A stretch of DNA of 57,476 bases, filler included, from Sphacelaria rigidula (Eukaryota): NCBI GenBank assembly GCA_964200075.2. It is 7 parts of 7 records of this genome, joined end to end, with 100 filler letters (N's around TTAATTAATTAA, not from the genome) between each part and the next. Parts side by side here need not be neighbours in the genome. Positions count along the whole stretch, not along the records: positions 49,352 to 57,476 come from CAXNAA020012211.1; 6 more parts are not named here. One strand, written 5' to 3'. The notes under the pieces were generated by a model. It saw only the letters and a list, made by a program, of their open reading frames with translations. It was not told where the DNA came from and did no database searches. Both the position numbers and the translations under genes were made by a program. Below are positions 49,252 to 57,476 of this stretch, piece after piece (within the stretch, counting starts at the first letter, position 1; each line of letters starts with the position of its first letter).

Positions 49252-49351
49252 NNNNNNNNNNNNNNNNNNNNNNNNNNNNNNNNNNNNNNNNNNNNTTAAT
49301 TAATTAANNNNNNNNNNNNNNNNNNNNNNNNNNNNNNNNNNNNNNNNNNNN
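49252..49351. other. Artificial contig linker
   Basis: N44-TTAATTAATTAA-N44. Confidence 0.98.
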
Positions 49352-49734
49352 GTGAGGGGGTTACTAATGATATTGCATGCCGTAGTCAGAAGAGCATTGA
49401 CCTCGCATCCCTACAACGCCTGGACGGAGCACGCCGGGTTTTCGCCGGTCTAGGCTTGCCACGGGAGAGCGCGCGCGGGGGGGAGGGGGGGGAGGGAGGG
49501 GGAGGGGGGCGTGCGTCATCGAAATAATCACACATGTGCATGACCGCTACGCCGTGACCGATGCGCCTGTGACCAGCTAGAGACCCAAAAAATGCGATTT
49601 CAAAAAGCGCTACATAGACGGATACTCCTACGTCGGAATGCCTTTCTCCACTATCTGAGAGGACTCCGGCACGCTTTCGCATGTTCTGGTGGACGCAGTT
49701 CAACATCGGAGTGGATTCGGATTTGTTTACGCGC

Positions 49735-50390
49735 GAGAGTCACTTCCTATGAGTAAAAAAAAAGAGCATACATAACGTTGAAAACTGCCTTTTTGGTCCA
49801 CCTGCATCGTTTTCACACCCTGGACAACATATTTGTCATTATCAAAGAGCGTACTGCGTACAGTATCGACTACTGCGTCTACTGCAATGGACGATATATT
49901 CCATACTGTACGCAGTACATTTGTGACAATGCAATACACTGTCATTATCAAGAGTGTGGTTGTTTTACGCCCTGAAAGAGGGTCAGACAGGGGGATGTTG
50001 ACGCCTTGGAATGACTTGCTGTGGTCGTCGAGACGACTCCAGGATACCTTTGAGTTTTCCAGTAGCCGTAGATTATTTTCCCGCCAAACTTGCGTTTTCT
50101 TTGGACAAACGATCAACTCTACAAAAACAGAACAGCGAACAAAATTGCCAGTTTTACTGTGGACTTGACCGTTAGTCCAATACAATGAAAGTTCGGTGAA
50201 AAAAATACTGCGGCAACCCGTAAACGCAAAGGTGTTGTGGTGGAACCGTCTCGACGAGTTTAGCAAGTCGTTCCAAGGAGTCAACATCCTCCTGGCCCTC
50301 TTTTACGTGCGTAAAATGAGGCAGACTGACCAAAAGGATAGTTTTCAACGATACACCCGGTATATATTCCTCACAAATAAGTAGGTGGCC
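49735..50390. mobile_element. Long-TIR foldback MITE interrupted by a family B MITE
   Basis: cgttgaaaactgcctttttggtc is inverted to gaccaaaaggatagttttcaacg, and ggatgttgacgccttggaatgacttgct is inverted to agcaagtcgttccaaggagtcaacatcc. The outer ends are approximate. Confidence 0.7.
49814..49958. mobile_element. hAT-type MITE family B
   Basis: Ends cacaccctgga / tcaagagtgtg; flanks atcgtttt / gttgtttt (6 of 8). Confidence 0.75.
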
Positions 50391-50535
50391 AAATGCATTG
50401 GGGAAAAAATGACTCCTGGCCCTCTTTTACGTGCGTAAAATGAGGCAGACTGACCAAAAGGATAGTTTTCAACGATACACCCGGTATATATTCCTCACAA
50501 ATAAGTAGGTAGCCAAATGCATTGGGGAAAAAATG
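50289..50535. repeat. 124-bp direct tandem duplication x2
   Basis: Units start at 50289 and 50413; I saw one internal substitution (ggtggcc versus ggtagcc). Confidence 0.9.
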
Positions 50536-51161
50536 GAGTTTTATTGAATTTCAACCACTTGTCCGACAACTTACTCGTCCTGCAAAAAAAATAAACTGCT
50601 GCGACCGGAAACCGCGAAGGAACTCCGGAACTCCCAGACAGTCCAGTTCAGCAAGTCATTTGGAGGCGTTCCGCTTCACCCGTCGCTTTTCTACGGCGAG
50701 AAACGTCCCGGAAAATGGCCGAAAGGCACGTTTCGAGATATTTTTTTCTTTTCTTTTCTGTGTCACGGAAAATAAATAAGAACTGGATCATGTTCAGCCT
50801 GACTGATTTGCAGTTGAAGGGACAAAAAGAAGAAAAAAAAACGATAGTAATTCCATCGGACGCTAGCTGGAATGATGTCGCTTCTAACGCGTGGTTGATC
50901 TCGACACCCTCACAATGCCTCATACCCTGGACAGTATATTGTCCTCCCCTCGTCCAAAAACACCCTAATGAACAAAGAAACTCATGTCATCCACCACAAG
51001 CACTCATTGATCTGGGTTCATGTGGTCTCGTTCCTGGCTCCTTAGTTTCCCCGCCACCGGCGTTAATTCCTCATCGTTCCAAAAGTTGCAGCAAAAGACA
51101 AAAAATGTACGGCGTAAAGTATAGGCATATTGCAAATATTGACCATATGTTGTTGAGGGTG

Positions 51162-51428
51162 CACGGTTGGGACAAATCATCGCCGGTTCGAATCATCGAA
51201 AACCCACGATATTTCAGACCTGATTGCTCAAAACAGAGAAAAAAGTTGACCGCTGGTCACCGAGGTCCCCACGCAATTCTCATTTTTTTCGCCATTCCAC
51301 GTGCCTGGACTGCGCGTACCTGGGTTGCAACGCTGGAAACAAAGCCCAAGGATTGATTCGTACAGTACGAATCAATTACACTAAAATCAAGTAATTTCCA
51401 GACGAATCATTGATTTGTTCGACCCTTG
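51162..51428. mobile_element. hAT-type MITE family A, complete
   Basis: Ends cacggttgggacaaat / atttgttcgacccttg; flanks tgagggtg / caagggtg (6 of 8). Confidence 0.85.
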
Positions 51429-51936
51429 CAAGGGTGTGCAATGTTTCAGTACCATTCATAGGACAGTCACGTATGCCATGACAATAGGCCACACTGGTGC
51501 TGTACGCGACAGTGAGAGGCTTGTGACGTCGATCGTCGTTGTCATCGTAAGCTCAACCCTCGGACCGCCGATACCGTTTCTTTCCGATATGTGTCCGCCA
51601 ACGGCCTCGCAGGTTATACATTGGAGGATGTTTTTTGTTAGACGTAAACATGGACGCAAGCCACACGGACGTTTGCCACGAGTCCCGCAAAACTACACGT
51701 TTCAGCTTGCGTAATCCGTCCAGCAGGCTTCTTGCCATGCTCGAGGGGTGTGCGTGTGGCTTCCCCCCTCCATGTATCACTCTTCTGTGTTATGACATGT
51801 TGCACACGTCGGACGACTCATAAGCTACCCAACTATTACTTGTGATTTGTGCCCGACCTGGGCCAGCCATCAGTGATTTTGTAACGAAGAGTGGAGATGC
51901 GAGTGGCAATTCGAAGAGTTAGGCGCTGGAATTGTG

Positions 51937-52141
51937 CAAGGGTAGGTCGAGAAGAGTATACTCAATTGCGGGGGATTTCGAAGGTCATACTTTGAGTACA
52001 CAAATTGGGGGTAGGGTTCCAGGAATCGCTTCCCAGGTATTTTTTTGGTACGACTCCCAACATTCTACCCTGATTTGAGTACCCCAAGTACGTCTTTCAA
52101 AATACCCCGCAATTGAGTATGCTCTACTCGACTTGCCCTTG
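51937..52141. mobile_element. hAT-type palindromic MITE family C
   Basis: caagggtaggtcgagaagagtatactcaattgcgggg is inverted at 52105-52141; flanks gaattgtg / aaattgtg (7 of 8). Confidence 0.85.
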
Positions 52142-52243
52142 AAATTGTGACGTGACATTTTTATCATCAACCCGCGCAACCCTGTAAGTGGAGTAGCGCA
52201 AAGGGAACACTTTGGCTTCTCGGACCCTGCTGTCACGTATTTT

Positions 52244-52675
52244 CAGGGAGGGATACGTGACACACGTGACACATTTGAAAAAACCGAAAAAAACCCGTAA
52301 CTTTGGGCCATTTAACGCTACGTAAGGTTTGATTTTTTGGACGGGACATATGCAACGTAACGTGATGTAACATGTGGACCTTGAAGCAGTGTCTTTTGGT
52401 GTTTTCCAGATGTAAAAAACGGCTGTTTTTGTGAATTTTGAACGTGACACGTGACACGTGACACGTGACATATTCACGAAAACAAGCAGAGTTTTCGTGA
52501 CATTTGGAAAGTAAAACGCAATGTTGGGGTTCATGCGAAGGACCACACGTTACATCACGTTAGGTTACATATGTCCCATCCAAAAATTCAAATCTTACGT
52601 AGCGTTAAATGACCCAAAGTGAAGTGTTTTCGAATGTGTCACGTTAAAACGTCACGTGTCACGTATCCCTCCCTG
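52244..52675. mobile_element. hAT-type MITE family D (432 bp, long TIRs, perfect 8-bp TSD)
   Basis: TIR cagggagggatacgtgacac / gtgtcacgtatccctccctg; TSD cgtatttt at 52236-52243 and 52676-52683; subterminal cacgtga repeats. Confidence 0.92.
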
Positions 52676-54130
52676 CGTATTTTGTGTTTGTGGGCAAGAG
52701 ATTTGAGAGACTTCTTCGATTAGCTATCCCAGGCAGTTCATGAGCTGTCCGGCGTCTGCAAATTGATACCGTGTATACATGCATGTGTTATCCTCGTCCA
52801 TTCGAAGAGTCTGAACCTCTAAGCACTCGTAAGACATCCTAGTTTTGAACTCGGGAACGCCACCCGAATTTTTGACGACAACACGACGTAGCAGTCTGCT
52901 GTGGGGTTGTAGCGCTTGTTGCGTGCGATGACAAAGAGTGGGCTGCCCGGGGAGCTAGGTTGTGCATTGTGTTTCGCTGATGAGAACAAGATATAGAGTC
53001 GTGCTGTTGCGTACAGTTTGAGGCCTCGATAACATGTTGTATCGCATTTCTGTCATATTCCATTTTTTTTTAAGGAAAATGCTCAACAAGAATAAATACC
53101 CCTTAAAAATCGCTGATGCTTTGATGATTAGGGTTAGGGTTAGGCTCAGAGAAACATGTTCAACGATCGTGTGACGGCATTATCAACTTAGATTCAATTT
53201 CTGTCAGCGTGCAGGCACGCAACACTCAATTTATTGTGTGTTTGGGGGGGGGGGGGCGTACTTATTTGTTGCTTGCTTTAGTGATTTGACCATTGACCAC
53301 GCACGCATCCCTTTTCGAGAAGGAGCGATTTCCTGTGGGAAAAACACTGGAGCATAAGCAAAGCCATGCTTTTTGGGTTGCAATACGACGTGGGGGGGGG
53401 GGGGGGGGGGATGTTTTTTTTTTTGCAACCCACACAGATGTTAAATTTACAGCCGACCAGACAGAACGAAAAAACAAAANNNNNNNNNNACACGTCGGGG
53501 CTGGGGGGGGGGGGGCGGGGGGGGGGGGGGGGGGGGGAGGGGATAGCTTTTTGTATGGGACTCCAACACAGATGTAAATTTCATCGGCGACAGCACGATG
53601 CACAAAGTGCATACAGCCGCTTGGTTTGCGTGGCGGTGAGAGTCATACAGCACAACCGAACTACAGCCAAAGCAACGGCGTGCGCCGGAGTGCCTCCCCG
53701 CAATGTCATGCAGTGGGACTGTCGTCAGGCACACATGGGGAAATAGCTTTTTGCTGCCAGCGTACAGTAGTGTCATCTATCGACAAGGGATTTCCCCCCA
53801 TGCCAAGAGTACGATTCATGATTAAATCACTGGAAGCAATACGTGAGGGCAAATGGAAGTTCCCGCACCCGCACGTGAACTTCCGCCGTCGCATTAGTGT
53901 AGGGCTTGGAAATCCACACAGGTCACTTGTATAGCGCCTGGCTACTGTGGTTAGTGGGTGAAAAAACTCGCAGTAGCACCACGATAAGGTGGGCAAAATT
54001 CGAGTCCGAACTCGAAAATTCGATGATTCAGGCCGCTTCTTCTTCTCATTTCCGCACATTAGTCTCATGCCAAAGAAAAAATGTAGGAAAGATTGTTCTT
54101 TTGCAGCTTCTGCATCGCTGTACGCTCTAA

Positions 54131-54432
54131 GGGAGAGCTAAGCGGTTTTGACACCGTGAAATGCTGATCTGTACTCGTTGAGACGGTTCCTGCACGCCTG
54201 CGCGCTTTCGGTGACCGCATTTTTTTTTCGCCAAACTTGCATTTTTCTCGGAAATCGGTCAAGTCCAGAAAAACTTTCACCCGGTCTCTTAGAAAAATGA
54301 GCATTCTCTGACAAAATGCAAGTTTGACCGAGAAAGAAACTGCGACCACCCGGAAAACGCACAGGCGTGCTTGCACCATCTCAACAAGTACAGCAAGGCA
54401 TTCCAAGGGGTCAAAATCCACCTAGCCCTCCC
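54131..54432. mobile_element. PIF/Harbinger (Tourist)-like MITE
   Basis: gggagagctaagcggttttgacacc is inverted to ggggtcaaaatccacctagccctccc; flanked by TAA / TTA. Confidence 0.75.
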
Positions 54433-54507
54433 TTACGGCGTGAAACGACGCAGAAGCTACAAAAGAGGCAATCTTCGAGATGAAGTATTTATTTTGTTCG
54501 CCATAAA

Positions 54508-54683
54508 GGCCAACTCTTATGGGAGGGTTTAGAACTTTATTTTGCAATAATTTTAAATGACTTTTTTCTTCTTTTTTGCCGTAATTGTGTATTTTGTGCC
54601 CGTTCGCCATGATGACAAAGAAAAAAAAAATCCTGTGAAATTGTTGCAAAATAAAATTTCAAACGCTCCCATAAGAGTTGGCC
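54508..54683. mobile_element. Short palindromic MITE, Harbinger-like
   Basis: Perfect 18-bp TIR ggccaactcttatgggag / ctcccataagagttggcc, continuing imperfectly inward; followed by TAA. Confidence 0.75.
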
Positions 54684-55561
54684 TAAGAAGCGGCCTTATC
54701 AGTCTTGTGCAAATTTCTGCAGCTGATACTGTAACCCGAACGATCGGCCGAGAGCCTAGAGACGGGAAGAAAAGCACATGCGATTTCTGTGCACTCTCAG
54801 GGCACCCCCTGGCTATATCGACGACACATGACAGCTCTGCGATAGCAGATTACAAGTTTCCCCTCACGGAATGAGCGGCAGATACAAGAGTTTTCGACGT
54901 AGCTTCTAACCACCACCCGCAAATAAATTTTCCTCTGGTGTTGGCATGAAGATCTTGCAGGGATACCCAGTTACATCACGGCCAAGTAAACTCCAGAGTC
55001 GACAGGAGACCCTATTTATTAATATTGATCGTTACTCGAATATCTCCCTGTGCGTCATTCAGCACGGCTAACCCTTTTTAGTCAGAAGATGGGAGTTGAA
55101 AAGGTAGGGCAGACTTGAATTGCCGTGGAGATACCATGTGCCTTGCAAACCGATAGCTAACACCACGGTAGGCCGCCAGTGGAATGGGCAGACGGAAACA
55201 GGCCACGAGAGCACAGTAGTCGTTTCGTTTTTCAGGCAGGGTCGGTTATGGTGGAACTCGTCCAGAGGAAATATATCTCGGGAATGCAGTGTAGTCAGCG
55301 TACGTACACATCAATGTTCGAAGATGGTTGCGCGAGTCACAACACTTTGCCTATCGCCCTAAACTCCGCTCCTGGCTCTCCACAAGATGCGCGCAGACAT
55401 CGCCCGGCAGATGTGCCGTCAAACATCTCTCCGCGGTAATCACACACACGCACCCGAAGACACACAAGTCCATTCCCTAGCGCATCTCTTCTTCGCCTAG
55501 GGAGTCGCGGTACACCAGGGAAAGGGCTTGACCTACAGTAGTATAACCGTCCCGCCCTCAC

Positions 55562-55870
55562 CTGATCGTCCCAGTCGAAATATAAGTCGGGGTAAAGTCT
55601 TTCTCTTGCAAGAGCAGCCGCCGTAGCCAGCGAAGCTACCCCGCCGATGAACCCCCGCATCCTCTTACCCCTGCTACCCGCTCCCGTTCCCCTACTCCAA
55701 CTACTCCCGCCGCTGCTGCCGCCGCCGCCGCCACCGCCGCCGACACAGCCCGAATGAGCTGAAACTATGGCCGTCACTGTCCTGCTCGGAGCGCTGGCCA
55801 CTCTTTTGCCAGAGCATCGTAGCGGGCATAACGCCGACGCGGCGGGATGTAGCATGCGCGTCGCCAGCAT
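55562..55870 (-). CDS. Probable first exon of a mitochondrion-targeted protein of unknown function
   Basis: MLATRMLHPAASALCPLRCSGKRVASAPSR is R/S/A/L-rich with no acidic residues. It is followed by a poly-Gly linker, the hydrophobic stretch FIGGVASLATAAAL and a phase-0 donor CAG|gtgagg. Downstream exons were not found. Confidence 0.6.
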
Positions 55871-56784
55871 GGTCTCTTGGTGCTGGTGCAGCAGTTTATT
55901 CTGTTGTGGTGTATACGTGTGTACTTGCTCTACGTTCAGGACCCGGTGTGGCGTAGTACGTAACGGTTGCAAGAGCCTGGCTGCTATTCCCGGTGGTGCG
56001 GCGTGACTAGGAGATTGGTCGTTCGCTGCTCAGGAGTTTTTGGGGCCGAATCGACCGATCCCGATTGTGGATTTCTCTTCTGCTGATGATTATCTCGAGC
56101 TGATGCTTGATTGATTAGAGAGATATCTTCGGCTGCGGTGCTTGGGGCTAGCTACTATGGGGGTGAGAGTGCGCAGGTATGTTTCCTGGTTACTTTGAAT
56201 CTCCGTCATTTGGTATCTCTCTCAAACATCCCCTTGCTTTTGTGTAACGGACAGGAGATGCCTAGCTGACGTCAGGTTCTGCGGGTCTGATAAGTCCATC
56301 GTCATCAAATTTACGGACCAGCGTCATATACTTTATCACCACGCAGAGCGTCTGCGACCACCCCCCAGCTTCTTCGTCACACTTTTGCCCGGCAAGTGCC
56401 CCACACTGAAGTTTTCACGGCAAACTTCAGGCAAAATTCGTCTGTGTGTGCATACATTGCATTTGCAGTACAACAGTACCGGACCGTAAAGTACGTGGTG
56501 GCTGCTGATTGCCCTGATTGACGGTGTATAACACCCCCACGTTGCAGTTGACTTAAACTCGATCTGCTCAACAACAGAAGCCTTGAACTCGCAGTGGAAC
56601 CCGTTCATAGAGAGAGTTTAAGAATTTTCTCCCCAGCATAAAGGAAAGTGTTGTGATCCTGTCTACTTTTTCAGGAAACCGAGAAATAGCAATTCTTCCT
56701 GGGGGATGCTATACGCTCGTCTTCATCTTGTCGCTTCAACACCGTAACGGCGCGCGGCAGCCGCTGTTCCTACGAGGTGGGGCT

Positions 56785-56889
56785 ATGGTGATGTTTTGGC
56801 GACGACGGAAGCTCTACCCCTGGATTGTGCTCCTAATATGTACGGGTTTGATTCTTCGGGGCTTTGGACTGGAGGACACAGCATCAGAG
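56785..56889 (+). CDS. Possible first coding exon with a signal peptide or signal anchor
   Basis: MVMFWRRRKLYPWIVLLICTGLILRGFGLEDTASE followed by the donor GAG|gtgggt; no further exon visible. Confidence 0.35.
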
Positions 56890-56921
56890 GTGGGTGTGTG
56901 AAAGATAAGGTTGTGTTCTAT

Positions 56922-57392
56922 TGGGTACGGGTATGCTTTGTAGGATATGAGATTCCTTACAGAACTTACAGAAATATCGGGTACCTACCGGTACGAAAGT
57001 CTTACAGAAGTTAGTTAACTCGTCGGGTACGGTGATGGAGGCTTACAGAAAAACCGTACCGGCCATCGGGTATTTCTTCAAGAGCATACCCGCGCTCCGG
57101 GTACACGCTAACATTCTGTACAGAACTCACAGAACTGTCGGGGAAGCATATAGGAGGCTTACTTAACTCACGGAAACTGTCGGGTAGGGTATAGAGGTTG
57201 CACAGAAAACCGTACCCACAACCGGTATCTATTCAGGAGCATACTCGTGCCCCCTGGTAACGGTACGAGAGGCTTACATAACTTACACAACGATCGGGTA
57301 AGTGTATGAATGTCTTGCAGAGATTACAGAGCTGTCGGGTACCGGTATGAAAGTCTTGCAGATTCATAGAACTGTCGGATATCGGTATGAAA
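56922..57392. repeat. Degenerate minisatellite (tcgggtaccggtatga...ttacagaacttacagaa units)
   Basis: The motifs tcgggta and acagaa/ttacagaa recur many times at irregular 40-90 bp spacing. Confidence 0.75.
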
Positions 57393-57476
57393 TACACTTT
57401 CTACGATAGCCCCCCCCCCCCAAAACCAGCTAAAAGTGTCACGAAAACAATGGTCATACAGCGCCTGATGTTCGGG

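Noticed and set aside
53231-53776. Pro/Gly-rich ORFs (also at 4174-4750)
   Set aside because: They arise from poly-G/C homopolymers and N gaps, not coding sequence.
56922-57392. CRISPR-like array
   Set aside because: The repeats are degenerate, the intervening sequences are related to each other, the context is eukaryotic and there are no cas genes.

Overview
Eukaryotic, intron-rich and repeat-rich DNA, most likely a brown alga (stramenopile). This is inferred from GT-AG introns of 0.1-2 kb, a heterokont bipartite plastid-targeting leader, CAA/CTG microsatellites and RTE LINEs. The window is not one locus. It is seven pieces of 8126/8125 bp joined by artificial N44-TTAATTAATTAA-N44 linkers, so nothing can be inferred across a linker. 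Genes reconstructed by hand from splice sites and phase: the C-terminal part of a TMEM209-like gene (-); an orphan disordered-protein gene (-); a secreted protein with a duplicated W..DIW..SWI motif (+); a complete 9-exon, 464-aa plastid-targeted TPR protein (-); the first three exons of NOG1 (+); the 3' half of a TMEM65-GAF fusion gene (+); and two probable first exons in the last piece. The rest is a decayed RTE LINE carrying an ~810-bp foldback palindrome, two tRNA-derived SINE families, several hAT and Harbinger-type MITEs, and an internally deleted mariner. The best candidate for an undescribed system is the TMEM65-GAF fusion. All family calls come from motifs recognised from memory, not from database searches.
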